From positions 28,582,001-28,646,000 of the forward strand of contig NC_043009.1 in assembly GCF_006345805.1 (NCBI RefSeq): DNA of 64,000 bases, given 5' to 3'. The stretch is from Octopus sinensis (lineage: Eukaryota). Made by a program: the position numbers and the translations under genes. This document shows, one piece after another, positions 1 to 13,203 of this stretch (its first letter is position 1; each line of letters begins with the position of its first letter). Under the pieces are notes generated by a model, which made no database searches, had not been told where the DNA came from, and saw nothing but the letters and a program-made list of their open reading frames with translations.

Positions 1-36
1 CTCATAGTTCTGATATATTCTAACAAGACAGCAGTT

Positions 37-140
37 ACAGCAACAACAATAACAACAACAACAACAACAACCAACAACAACAACAACAGCAGCAGCAGCA
101 GCAGCAACACCACTGCTAGCAATAGCAGAAACAACAACAA
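37..140. repeat. (CAA)n/(CAG)n trinucleotide microsatellite
   Basis: Direct runs of caacaacaa and cagcagcag. Confidence 0.9.
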
Positions 141-519
141 ATTACTTGAAATTTGATTAGCAGAAATTTTCAGTTAATACAAAATATTTGCCAGGTAACC
201 TATCTTTAATTTTGCCCCAACCCACACCATATAATAAAACATAAAAATAAATAAGTTAAAAATATATAACATATATATACACACACACACATATATATAC
301 ATATATATATAAATATATAAAGATACATATACATACATACATATATATAAATATATAAAGATATATATATATATATATATGTGTGTATGTATGTATGTAT
401 GTTATATGTATGTATATATATATTTATATATATTTATATATATATTTATATATCAGACATAGAAATGAATAATGTAAAAATACATGCAAAATATATTCTA
501 AATAAGACAAAATATTCAA

Positions 520-560
<41 letters not shown>

Positions 561-1266
561 CATAGAATAAATTTAAAATATTTATAAATAAAGTATCATA
601 AATAACATGGAAATAAATTAAGAATATATTTATATATAAATAACATAAAAATAAATAATTTAGAAATATATAAAATATATATATATATAAATAACACATA
701 AAATAAAGAATTTAGAAAGCTATAAAGAAAAAATATATAATTAAAACATAAAAACAAATATATAAACATGAAATAAAAACATAAAACTAAGATAAATAAT
801 TTTTGGTAATATAATAAGTTTTTGGCAGCTTCTGATGAAGAAATATGTGAAAGGGAATTACGGATGAAATGACAAACAAAATGTAAAATAATAAGAAATA
901 TTGCATAATTGAGAATTACTGGTCTATTTAAGAGATATATTTTACATATTAACATTGAAATGATGAGCAAACTTTTCTTTTGAAAGAGGATGCTCTTTTT
1001 TGCGGTTAATGATGACATTTTGGAAAAGAAGAATTATTGCAAGAATGAAAAATAAGACATTGGAAGAAAGTTTGGAGTTTGGAGTTTGTACTGCAGTCAA
1101 AACACATGCATGCACATATATATGCACATATATGCACATGCAAGTGGAAATAAGGATAAGAATGATGACGATGATGATGATGATGAACATAATAATAATA
1201 ACAATAATAATAAAAGAAATATGCAATTATTTTAGTCTGGAAACATAAGTATAACTGAGATTTGAA

Positions 1267-1280
1267 ATAATAATAATAAT

Positions 1281-1348
<68 letters not shown>

Positions 1349-1456
1349 TAATAATAATAATAATAAAAATAATAATAATCATAATAACGATAATAACGAT
1401 AATAATAATGATGATAATAATAATAATAATGATAATGATAATAATGATAATAATAA
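1267..1456. repeat. (TAA)n microsatellite
   Basis: Long aataataat run. Confidence 0.95.
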
Positions 1457-1552
1457 TGTGTCTCTGCTGTGCCACATCTGCAAGACAGTGGATGAAACCA
1501 TTGCCCATATTATGAATGAATGCCCTAGACTTGGCCAAAACCACTACAAGTT
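1457..1552 (+). mobile_element. Fragment of an RLE-type (R4/Dong-like) non-LTR retrotransposon, CCHC zinc knuckle
   Basis: Translates to CHICKTVDETIAHIMNECPRLGQNHYK, matching the C-x2-C...ETxxH..xxC...Y knuckle preceding the restriction-like endonuclease; abuts a (TAA)n array. Confidence 0.65.
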
Positions 1553-1569
1553 AGGTATTCCCAAAGGAA

Positions 1570-1900
1570 TAACAAAGATGTATATCAGAATGATGGACAA
1601 CTTATTGAAGAAAAGGTATACACAACATCTGGTGTCATTCAGAGCAAATTAAAAAAATACATGCAACATCTCTGTTAAATATGATATTGACATTGAAAGA
1701 AGGTAGAATAAGCAACTCCCAGGTATAATGGAAAATTATTGCTAAAGCCAAAAAGTACAAAAGACAGGACACCAAATGTGAACTTTGTATTGCTGAAAAA
1801 TTAAACATTATATAATCAACAGATAACATCCTAAACATCAGGGATAAAAACCTCTCCCTGTATACACAAGCAATATTTTGTACTCAGCTATTTCAAAGAA
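1570..1900 (+). mobile_element. Decayed Penelope-like element, GIY-YIG endonuclease C-terminal half
   Basis: Across frames: KKRYTQHLVSFR...ATSL...WKIIAKAKKYKRQDTKCELCIAEKLNII...NILN, typical of PLE endonuclease C-termini; stops and frameshifts present. Confidence 0.7.
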
Positions 1901-2253
1901 GAGCCATGATCTGCAATGGTAACCCCACCAGGATAGCCTCTTTCCTAAACACGAACACACATAGCACACAAACTCCACACACAGAAGAAATATGCCCCAA
2001 GGACAAACTACCTCAGCATACAAGCATAAGAACACTGTGCCCAGAACATAAACAAAGTAATTCAATCAAATTGATCATACAACAATTTGCCCAAATGACA
2101 AATTCAAGGGAGACAAACACCCAAAAGATGCCTCCCAAGTGCAACCTCCCTTCATTCATTGATTCATTGTTTTGTTCACGTGAAATTATGAGAATCCCAC
2201 ATAAGCAATATGAGGCTGTGTTTTCTAAGATGGACACAAACACCTTTCTCCAT

Positions 2254-2335
2254 GTGATCAGCTTGAAAAATTGTTAAGACAATTGGATATTTTCCTACTT
2301 TTCTTAACATGAAACTAATGGTAGCCTTAATTCAC
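2254..2335 (+). ncRNA. Decayed minimal hammerhead ribozyme in the pLTR downstream of the Penelope endonuclease
   Basis: gc-TTGAAAA-at TGTTAAGA...TCTTAACA t-GAAA-ctaatgg-TA-gc: 8-bp stem II, GAAA, GUA triplet; weak stem I. Confidence 0.45.
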
Positions 2336-2595
2336 AAAAAAAGAAATTACATTCACCAATGCGGTGTTGAGCACCCACTTTCATTGTTCGACATTTACAT
2401 ATATGTTTGTGTGTGTGCATATATATGTGTGTGTGTGTATAAATAAGTGTGTGTGTGTGTATTTATGAGTCACATGTACACATCCATAGATGCATGCAAG
2501 AATGTTTGGTAGTTGAGTATTGATGGTTTCATACAAGCAAAATATCAATATGTTCATCTAATCCTCAGTGAGTAAATACACTAATTGACACTCAT

Positions 2596-2680
2596 ACACG
2601 CAATTACACACACACGCAATTACACACACACGCAATTACACACACACGCAATTACACACACACGCAATTACACACACATA
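2596..2680. repeat. 16-bp minisatellite (cgcaattacacacaca) x about 5
   Basis: Direct tandem copies. Confidence 0.9.
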
Positions 2681-2825
2681 CGCATACACAAATACACACA
2701 ACATATACACAAATACACATATCCATGTCAGCATATAAAGTGGAGATAAGCTGTTGATGATGAGGTTGATATATGTTGATACATATATATGTGCATGTAT
2801 ACATATGTATGCATATATAAATAGT

Positions 2826-2890
<65 letters not shown>

Positions 2891-3109
2891 AAGTAGATGT
2901 ATATATATACATCTATATATACACTTACATATAAACATGCATTAACTATGTTTGTATATGGACGTTAAACGATGATGATGATGATGATGATATATATATA
3001 TATATATATACATACATATATACATATATATATATATCTATATACATTTACATATATGCATGCATTAACTATTATACATACATACATATATGTATTATCT
3101 ATGTGTATG

Positions 3110-3165
<56 letters not shown>

Positions 3166-3220
3166 TATACACATATATATTTATATATCCATGTGTGTGT
3201 GTGTGCACACACAACTGAGA

Positions 3221-3258
<38 letters not shown>

Positions 3259-3774
3259 AACCAAGAAAGTGCAAGAACAAGAGTGATCTAGACAGACAGC
3301 AGAGAATCCATCGTTAATGTTACATATCTCGTTATATCGTTATTGAATCACACAAGAGCATAACATATTTCAGAGAGCAACTCTTGTCTGTACAAAGGAA
3401 GGAAGGAGAGAGACAAAGAAAAACAGAAAGAAATACAAAAAAATAACCAGCAATGCCGGAGGAGGTAGCATGCAAATTGGGCTCAGAGATAGATTGATTC
3501 TGTTAAAACTAAACATTGACTGAGCTAGCACGAGAGATTGGATTAATGTCAGGAGGATAATGCAAATAAGAATTATAGCTTGATGGAAGGGAAGAAGAAG
3601 AAGAACAGCAAGTTTAATATTTTCTGAAATACAAGAATATTTGGGATGGTGCTCAACATTGGTTTGCATCAAATGAAACAGTTGGGAAATATTGTTACTC
3701 CTAGATATATTGTGGAGTAAATTCTGCTCCCTGTTACATAGCTGTGCCTGCTTCAATATCTGATTCTTTTTTGT

Positions 3775-4065
3775 GAAAGCTCATGGCTTAGTGGTTAGGA
3801 GTGTTCGGCTCAGGATTGTAAGGCTGTGAGTTCGATTCCTGGTGGCGCCTTGTATCCTTGAGCAAGATACCTTATTTCACATTGCTCCAGTCCACTTTGT
3901 CAGCAAAAGTGAGCTGTACCTGTAATTCAAAGGGGTCAGCCTTGTCCCATTCTGTGTCATACTGAATATCCCTGAGAACAATATCAAGGGTATGAAGGTC
4001 TGTCGAGTACTCAGCCACTTACACGGTTAATTTCACAAGCAGACTGTTCTGATAGAGTGCTAGTC
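3775..4065 (+). mobile_element. tRNA-derived SINE (family C)
   Basis: A-box tggcttagtgg, B-box gagttcgattcc, central tccttgagcaagat motif; a related copy lies at about 27300-27590. Confidence 0.65.
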
Positions 4066-4479
4066 ATTGAGTTCTTCTGCTGCTACTTCTACTCTGTAGC
4101 GTCTGAGACATTGCAGACCTGCCATTCTGGAGCCACAGGTGATGCTGAATTATTTGGCAGCAGGCATTTTTAATGTTACTTTCACTTTCTCTCATCACTC
4201 TCCCTCATTCTCTCTCACTCTCTCTCTCATTTTGTCTCTGACTCTCTTTCACTTTGTCTCTCACTCTCTCTCACTCTTACTCCCATTCTTTCTCCCTCTC
4301 CCTCTCTCTCACTCTCCTTCTCTCCCTCCCTTTTCTCTCTTTATGAGTATAAGAAAAGGGCAAATGTTTTTGTCAGTTCAGTTAATAAATTCTATTCAAA
4401 TGGGAATTAGAATCCAGCTAGAAGAATATAAACAAAATCGAACACACACACACACAAAATGTGTGTGTGGTTAGTTGGT

Positions 4480-5550
4480 GGCAGCAGATGTGCTTTTTTA
4501 TGCGTAAAAGACTATATTTCCAAATGCCCCTGGTGTGAAACATCTGAAAGTAAGTCACAGACACAAAAGACGTCAACGAAAAGAAACAGTGACACGAACC
4601 AAAGGGGAAGAAGTGGTGCCAAGATTGGAACACGGCAAACAGAAAAGAAGGAGGAGAAAATACAATTGGAATTTTGTGACATATGCCAAAGATGTAAATA
4701 CAGAGAAAATAATAACCAAACTGAAATGAGTTATAAGGGTGAAGTTACCCAAGGAGATGTACGGAGAAAATGTGAAAGTGATTTTGATTGAAAAGGGAAA
4801 GTATAGCAGGCTGAAAGAAAAATGTTGGACCACCAGGATCCATGGTCGAGTTCAATGAACTACTGCCAGTAGTTGATCTAAGCAAAATAGAGCTATATAT
4901 AAGGTATTAAAAAAAGGGAGTAAATTGTGGTTTAAAAAAAGGGGGGGAAGAAAAGGAAAAAAATGGTAAAACAAAAAGATGCTAAGAGAAAAAGAAATGA
5001 TAAAGATTATAAAACGGACAGTAAAAACGTTCACATGGCACTGCATGTGAGTGGGGTGCATGCAGCCATTTCATCACCATTGATTTCATTATACATTTTA
5101 CAATTTTTCATTCGTTTTATGTTTTTGTCCCCACTGTGATATTCTGTCTGTCTTTGTGCTGTCCCCTCTGTGTTATGGCCATAGTGCCAAATAAAAAGAT
5201 CCCATAGACATGCAAGGCAACTCACATCAGCTCCCTTTTTTGGAGTGACAGATATCGATGTTTCATCATTGTTTTGGATTATTTCTGTGGCATGAAACGT
5301 TGGGACATGCCAGAAGATGGTTCTTAAACAGTTTAACATTTAGTCATAGTGAGCGACACAGCTTGCAGCAGGCTTTGTTTGGTATGTGGCATTGATAAGT
5401 CAAAACAGTGATGAAACATTGATGTCTGTTGCTCTGAAGAAGGGACCTAATGTGAGTTGTCTCACTTGACTATGACTTACTTTCAGGTCTTTCACACCAG
5501 GGGGCTTTGAGAATATATTCTCTTATGCCTAAAGAAATGCAGATGCCCCA
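4480..5550. mobile_element. Inverted Penelope-like pLTR remnants
   Basis: 4480-4562 is a diverged reverse complement of about 5470-5550, and 5218-5277 of 5401-5460; contains hammerhead folds. Confidence 0.5.
5386..5432 (+). ncRNA. Minimal type-I hammerhead ribozyme with U3-A8 core
   Basis: GTGGCA-TTGATAA-GTCA aaacag TGAT-GAAA-CATTGATG-TC-TGTTGC; inverted sister copy (5245-5290) reads GAAA CATCGATA TC TGTCAC. Confidence 0.55.
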
Positions 5551-5604
5551 TGAACTAACAGCTCACACACCTTGTGTTTGTGTGTTCAATTTTGTTTAAT
5601 AAAT

Positions 5605-5895
5605 TGCCAATGCCACCTGACTTGCCAGTGCTGCTTGACTGGCTCCTGTGCTGGTGGCACATAAAAAGCTCCATTCAAGCATGGTCGATCCCAGTACAGC
5701 CTGACTGGCCCTCATGCTGGTAGCATGTAAAAAGCACCTACTACACTCTTGGAGTGTTTGGCATTAGGAAGGGCATCCAGTTTAGAAACTCTGCCAGATC
5801 AGATTGGTGCCTGGTACAGCCTTCTGGCTGGCCAGTTCTCAGTCAGACCGTCATGGAAAGCGGACGTTAAACGATGACCAACGATGATGATGATG
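5605..5895 (+). mobile_element. RTE-LINE 3' UTR-related fragment with (GAT)n tail
   Basis: gtaaaaagcacc...ggcattaggaagggcatccag...ggacgttaaacgatga matches the LINE 3' end at 20220-20381. Confidence 0.8.
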
Positions 5896-6894
5896 AGGAA
5901 ATTATGATAATTCCTCTACCTCTCTCTCTCATTCTTTCTATCTGTATGTGTATATATCTGCACACACGTATATGTGTGTGTGAGAGAGTATGTTTGTACA
6001 TGTGTGTGTATGAGAGAGTATGTTTGTACATGTGTGTGTATGCTTGCCTCACGTGCCAAAAAGTACTGTCAAGTGAAACCAGCTGTGTGTCCAGTCAGCC
6101 ATGTTGTCTGCCTCCAAACAACTTCACCAAATCCTCTCATTTCCTGCTTTGTTGCATTTACATTTTCTAATCTGCTTATCTTGTACAATTTCCCATCAAC
6201 TACATCAGACTCACTCAACTTTCTTTCTGGCCTCCCATTTTATTTCTACCTGCTTTAGGACCCATAGCAATCATAATGGTCTGTCCTTGTGCTATTTCCT
6301 TACACCTCCAATATCATAGGACGGCTGATATTGGCAACGATAGATAAAGAATACACTGTCACAATGTAATAACAATACAAAATAGAAACGGCAGCAGGAA
6401 CAAACATGTAACAAACCAATGATCAATACTTCCAACATATTAACTCGAACTGTAAACTGTACCTGGACTTCGAAGACCAAACTACGAACTGCCAACGTCA
6501 GACCACTACTGTTCATATGTGTTGGTCCTGTCTATTCTCATCAGACAGAGTCGTACTTTTGCCACAACCCCTTCCAAACAAGAAGACCAGAATACCTTCC
6601 GGAGTGCTCTATCTGCATACCCTTTCATTCTATCACTGCCACTCCCCTGGTAGTTCAAGAGGAGCATTAACCATACGGGTATCATCATTCTTGGAGGGTG
6701 TGTAGAAGCCATCGACTAGACTTTTTCTCTTTGATAAAATAAATTAAAGAAAGAAAGAAACAATCACAAAAAAGACATATAGCTTTTTGAAGTGAGAACC
6801 AAATTGTTCAGTGAATATCATAAGCACTTTTTAAAGAGACCTTATGGCACAGGAAGTACTGAAATCAATTTGTGTGTATATATGGTACATACAC

Positions 6895-7045
6895 ACACAC
6901 ACAAAATGGGTTTATTTCAGTCTCGGTCCACTCACAAAGCTTTGGCCAACTTGAAGACACTTGCCTAAAATGGTACATAGTGGGACTGAACCAGGAAAAT
7001 TATGGCTGGGAAGCAAGATTCATAACCACACACCATGCCTGCACT
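6895..7045 (-). mobile_element. tRNA-derived SINE family A, 5' part
   Basis: ccactcacaaagc...gaagacacttgcc...gggactgaacc motif shared with many copies in the window. Confidence 0.75.
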
Positions 7046-8514
7046 TAGTATAGATTTTAATTAAAATGGAAGAGTTAATGCAATACATAAAAGAGATCTA
7101 ATGTGCTTTTTTTATTCCTAAACCATCAACTTAGAAAATGTGGGTTCAAGAATAAAGAGAAAACTTTGACTGTATATTATATCTTAAGAGCCAACATCCC
7201 TATTTAATTGAAAGCATAGAGCCAAGCTCATTATCTTTATGGTATCATTTGCTACTTTGGCAAGGATGAATTACAAAGGATTTCAGATTCTGAATCAGGC
7301 TGGCCTCAAGCAATTGGGTTTAGCAACGGATCCAATCACGCAAAACAGAAAAAGAAATGCTATGATTTATCTGATCCCACGCACACATAAAAACTCTCTC
7401 CATTTCAAATTATCTTTCATTGATATCACAAATTTTCTTTTCATTCGTTTGTTTATTTAATTTTTTTAATGTTTTTTTTTTATTCTTTTTATCCGCTTGC
7501 TATCTTTCTATCTCATTTATGCAATCAACCCATCTGCGTATTAAAAAAACGTAACCCTTTAACAAATTATAGGGTACTGCAGAACCAGTGTTAAACTCCA
7601 ATTTCCCTAGTGTAAAGAGAATGAGGAATATTACTACCCTGTATGATAGAAAACTAGCTTAACAGAAATTTACTTAATCCATGTTGGTAAACACCTAGGT
7701 GGACGTAGGAAATATAATTTATTTCTGAATTCCGTGAGATATCTGTAATGGATTTGAAATCGCAGTATAAAAATGCACTGGTTCATTATCTCAACATCTC
7801 AAGATATCAATTAAAGAATTATGGCATGAAAGAAACCATTGATTGATAAACTAATAAGATTACCATTTATATGAACTGAACCAATCAGCTGTAACATGCA
7901 CAAAAATATAAATAATAAGTGTAGCTTTTCAATCAAATATCAGAGGGTTCAGTCCCACAGAATGGTATTGTCAGTGCTTCTTCTACTATGGCACAAATCT
8001 GACCTAAGATTGAGATAGGATTTGGTAGACAGATTGAAAAACAAGCTCACCATGTGTGTAATGTGTAAACAGACACATTTCTTTTCTCTCCATTTTTCCT
8101 CTCTCCATCTTTTTTCTCTCCTCTTTCCTTTCTATAGATGAGCATATGCTCAAAATATCAAAGATTCCTTTCATTTATCCTGTGCATCCACCTGATACAC
8201 TTTGTTTACTGTTCCCTCACCTGTCCTCTGTCACTGTTAAATATAATACATATATATACATATATATACATATATATATATATATTATATATATATATAT
8301 ATTATATATAATTAATTATATATATATATATACATATATATACAAATATATATATGTATAAATATATGTGCATATATACATGCCATATATTTATACATAT
8401 ATATATATACATATATACTTATAATATATATATATATGTGTGTGCGTGTGTGGGTGCGCGTGTGTGTGTGTGAGTGTGTGTGTGTGTGTGTGTGTAGAGA
8501 AATAGAGAGAGAGA

Positions 8515-8636
8515 GGGTGTTGTGAATATATTGTCATCTAAATTATGCAAAAAGGAAAATAACACTGATGTCTCATTTTAACAGATATATTTACCAAAAT
8601 TACATGAAAATATCGTAAAATTCTAAAGAGTAAATT
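8515..8636 (-). mobile_element. Terminal fragment of the DD37D Tc1/mariner family seen at 52575
   Basis: agggtgttgtgaatatattgtcatctaaatt...ctcattttaacagatatatttaccaaaattac closely matches 52575-52700. Confidence 0.75.
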
Positions 8637-9355
8637 CATTCCATACATGACAATGGAAAACAGGACAAATAAACACAGACAAAGGAACCTTCATCAGTTG
8701 TCGGCTGTCTATCTACTCCTAGTTTTGAGCATATATACATATACATATATATCATATATATATATATATATATAATATATATATGTATATATATCATATA
8801 TATATATATATACAAAGCAATAAGGGTTTTTAGCACGCGAGTTGCCTTACCACATACGAATTTAGAAATAGCAGTCAAAGGTTATAGCTAATTCTTCTAC
8901 TAAAAAGGGAGATCTCATTAAAAACAGCATTGGAAGGCAGACACAAACAGGTAAGAGAGATATATATATATATATAGAATGTATATATATATACATATAT
9001 ATATATAATATATATAATATATATATATATTATATATATATATATTATATATAATATATATATATAGCGAGATAATAAAAATATATGCATACATACAAAC
9101 ATTATGTACGTACCTACATCTACATGTATATATACATGCAATATAATAATTATACGGAGCAGGACATCACAATAAGACGTAGAAACAGAAAAAACAAAAA
9201 ACAAGAAACGGAAAACGAAAACCAAATAAGGGACAGGTTACCAATGACAAAACCCCCATCATCAGCTGTCGCTAGAGGAGTCAGGCATGTTTCGAAGGCA
9301 TAATCATCATCATCACATCATCATTTAACGTCCGCTTTCCATGCTAGCATGGGTT

Positions 9356-9386
<31 letters not shown>

Positions 9387-9543
9387 TTATATATATAGAT
9401 ACATGATATATATACATATTATATACATATATATATACTATATATAAAATAGTAATATTAGGAATAAATCCAAACTTACAGGGAAAATTAGATTTAGGAT
9501 TAAATCCAATTTTATAGTATAAATATATTATATTAATTATATT

Positions 9544-9655
9544 AATTAGAGATAAATCACTATTAGGCAAATCAAAAAGTGAAAAACATAAATTATATGT
9601 ATTGGCTTATGTTTTTCACTATTTGATTTGCCTAATAGTGGTTTTATCTCTAATT
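9544..9655. repeat. ~48-bp-arm inverted repeat (hairpin) within (TA)n
   Basis: aattagagataaatcactattaggcaaatcaaaaagtgaaaaacataa versus ttatgtttttcactatttgatttgcctaatagtggttttatctctaatt. Confidence 0.85.
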
Positions 9656-9662
9656 TAATATA

Positions 9663-9719
<57 letters not shown>

Positions 9720-11249
9720 TATAGATATATATACACATATACATATACATATACATACATATTATATATATTTATATATATGCAACTGGCTCTTTTCAAT
9801 TTCTGTCTACTAATTCCACTCACAAGGCTTTGGTCAGCCCGAGGCTATAGTAAAAGACACTTGCCCTGGATGCCATGCAGTGGGAATACATTTATGTATA
9901 ATTAAATATATAATCTATGAACTACAAATGATAATTGTGTGTGTGTGTGTGTGTGTATTTATAAATATCTTGTAATTATTTTTTATTTGGTTTTTACAGG
10001 ATTTTTGATGCCAAATCACGTGTTGTCTCATCTCCCGTTGTTTTGCTTTAATTTGAGAGGGTCATCTTGTTAATAACATCACACATAACTGCCTTTGTTC
10101 ACTTCTGTTTTATTACTCAGTAACTAATTAGTAAAATAATTAACTTATTAATTAATTGATTTGTCAGAATCTTTTCATCACTCCCCGTAACCACATCAGT
10201 GACATGCCCTTTATGCATTCACTTCATGTTTCTTGCTTGTTTTCTATAAAAGCAACAAAAAACGTAGACATTTTAAGAAACCATCGCAGAGATGATGCAC
10301 GCACGCATGCACTCACACATGCACATACATACATACATACACACATACACACATACATACACATATACACACATAGATACATGCCTAAACATACACACAC
10401 ACATATATTCATACACACATACACACATACACACACATACACACACACATATACACACATACACACATACACACGTACACACACATACACACACAGACAC
10501 ATATGCATAAATACACACATATACTCACACACAAACTCACACACAAACACACACACACACACACACACACACGGAGTCTCACTTGCAATTAGGCATGCAT
10601 GCAAGCACAGACTTCTAACGTAACTTTGCACACACTCACACATTCATACAAAAGCGTTCTCTCTCTCTCTCTTTCCCATGGATAGTCTTTTTCCCTCTCT
10701 TTCTCTCTCATAAACACATATAACCATACAGACACATTTTACACACACACATATCGATACACACACATATCGATACACACACATATCAATGGACACACAC
10801 ACACATGCACACACACACACACACACACACATCTCACTCTCTCTTTCACCCAGCCACAAGCACACATGCACTGCACATACACACATGCATATACACATAT
10901 CACTGCATATGCACACACACACATGTGCACGCGTATACCCGAGGGTTTCTCATTATATATTGATTTCTTTATTTTATTTTCATTTTCTCCAAATTTCATT
11001 CATGACTTGCAGCTGGGGGGTTGGTGGGGGTGGAGATGCACGAGAGGGGAGTGTTACGTGACGGTAGTGGTGGTGAAGACGGTTGTGTTGGTGTCTGAAG
11101 CGATGTCTGTGGTGGCGAGGACAATATAAAGTAAAGCTAAGTACAGCTGTGATGATGACAGTGATAACGATGATGATGATGATGATGATGAGTGACTATA
11201 AGATGGTGGTGTTGGGGTATGACATTACAATGATGTTGGTGGGAGGTGG

Positions 11250-11905
11250 GTGGTGAAGGTAAGGGTAGTGGTGGTGATGGTGGTGAGGGTAATGTGGGTG
11301 GTGGTGTTGTGGTGGTGATGGTGGTGGTTGTAATTGTGGTAGTAATGGTGGTGGTAGAGGTGGTGGTAGTGATGGTTGTGGTGGTGGTGGGTGGTGGTGG
11401 TGGTAGTGTTGATAGTGGTGGTGGTGGTGGTGGTGGTGGTGGTTGGTGGTGGTGGTGGTGGTGGTGGTGGTGATGGTCTTGATAGAGGTGGTGGGGGAAT
11501 GGAAGTGGTGGTGGTGGTGGTGGTGGTGGTGGTGGTAGTGGTGATAGTGGTGTGGTGGTGGTGGTGGTGGTGATGGTCTTGGTAGAGGTGGTGGTGGTGG
11601 GATAGAAATGGTGGTGGTGGCGAAGGTGGTGGTGGTGGTAGTGATGGCTTTGGTAGAGGTGGTGGTGGAGGTGTTGGTGGTGGTGGTGGGTGGTGGTGGT
11701 GGTGATGGTGGTAGTGGTGGTGGTGGAAGTGGTGGTGGTGATGGTGGTGGTTGTAGGAGTAGCAAATAGGGAAAAGGAGAACATAGATATGAGATAAGGG
11801 AGAGTTGGGAGAGGTATTGACAACAGTATGGTGGTGGCACTGGTGACAGTGAATGATGGAGTAATATGTTGCTCTGGTTGTTGTTGTTGTTGGTGGTGGT
11901 GTGGT
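11250..11905. repeat. Degenerate (GGT)n microsatellite field
   Basis: Direct; source of spurious poly-T/P/H ORFs. Confidence 0.9.
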
Positions 11906-12249
11906 GGTAAGAATGGTGAGAGTGGTAGTGTGAGGAACAAGATGAATTGTGGTTGTTGATGTTGCTATTACTGTTATTGTTACTGTTGTTGTTGAGCCCC
12001 ACATCAGTCCTGATCGAACAGACTTATGGTCAAAGGTGCTCCAACCTCGCCCATCCCAACTTTTTCCAGATCATAAGGAATCTTGAACAATATTATCCAC
12101 TAAATACTGTGATCTTCTGTAAGATGATTTGTGGGAGTTTAGCAGTGATTTCTACCAGGTTTTGTGGCCCTGTAGGGTTCTCCTTCATTGGTTCATACAC
12201 ACACACACACACACACATGTATATATATATATATGTATATATACACACA

Positions 12250-12738
12250 CTGAGAAGACCCAGCAAATAAAATCAGTTCACAGCTGTAATCTACACCAGT
12301 GTCGCATAACCAGCCCACTCAAAAGTACCTTGGATCGTAGGACGACATGCCATGCTTAAGGAGACCTATTGAGTCGAGTACATCAAAATCACATTCAAAT
12401 GGAAATTGTAGTTGTGAACCCCATGCTGGTGACATAAAAAGCACCATCCGAATGTGGCCGATGCCAGTGTCACCTTGACTGGCTCCCATGCTGGTGGCAC
12501 ACAAAAAGCACCATCTGATCATGGTCAATGCCAGCCCCCTCTGGCCCCTGTGCCGGTGGCACGTAAAAAGCACCCACTACACTCTCGGAGTGGTTGGCGT
12601 TAGGAAGGGCGTCCAGCTGTAAAAACAGTACCAGATCAGATTGGAAACTGGTGCAGCTTCCTGGCTTCCCAGACCCCAGTCGAACTGTCCAACCCATGCC
12701 AGCATGGAAAACGGACATTAAACGATGATGAGGATGAT
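12250..12738 (+). mobile_element. 5'-truncated RTE LINE (ORF end + 3' UTR + (GAT)n)
   Basis: gagaagacccagcaa resembles the ORF end EKTRQ; shared 3' UTR motifs and tail. Confidence 0.75.
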
Positions 12739-12854
12739 ATATATATATATATATAAATAAATATATATGACGAGAATTGCAGTGTGGAAGGTGTTTGTAA
12801 GCCATTTAAGAAACACACAAAAGCCGTTCGATTCACTTCAACACTTAAGTTTAA

Positions 12855-12905
12855 TTTGTCAAAATATTTTCGGCGCTTTAAGACCGCGACTTGTTCACTG
12901 ACAAA
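12855..12905 (-). ncRNA. Minimal type-I hammerhead ribozyme, G3-C8 core variant (copy 1)
   Basis: Minus strand TTTGTCA-GTGAACA-A-GTCGC ggtcttaaa GCGCC-GAAA-ATAT-TT-TGACAAA; perfect 7-bp stem I, palindromic stem III. Confidence 0.65.
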
Positions 12906-12927
12906 AATCCGTGCTGATATATATATA

Positions 12928-12994
<67 letters not shown>

Positions 12995-13085
12995 TATATG
13001 ACGAGAATTGCAGTGTGGAAGGTGTTTGTAAGCCATTTAAGAAACACACAAAAGCCGTTCGATTCACTTCAACACTTAAGTTTAA

Positions 13086-13136
13086 TTTGTCAAAATATTT
13101 TCGGCGCTTTAAGACCGCGACTTGTTCACTGACAAA
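13086..13136 (-). ncRNA. Minimal type-I hammerhead ribozyme, G3-C8 core variant (copy 2)
   Basis: Identical to 12855-12905. Confidence 0.65.
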
Positions 13137-13158
13137 AATCCGTGCTGATATATATATA

Positions 13159-13203
<45 letters not shown>

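Noticed and set aside
826-880. CTGATGA followed by GAAA motifs
   Set aside because: No stem I or II pairing could be formed.
3775-3845. tRNA gene (also SINE heads elsewhere)
   Set aside because: A/B boxes are present but no complete cloverleaf; continues into a SINE body.
6300-6760. Possible old RTE C-terminus or zinc finger and 3' end; minus-strand CTGATGA at about 6538
   Set aside because: Motifs too eroded to support a call, and no GAAA or stems for a ribozyme.
8690-9300. Minus-strand GAAA...CTGATGA motifs at about 8690-8730 and 9255-9295
   Set aside because: Order is reversed, the NUH triplet is broken and no stem I forms; probably partial pLTR relics, not callable as ribozymes.
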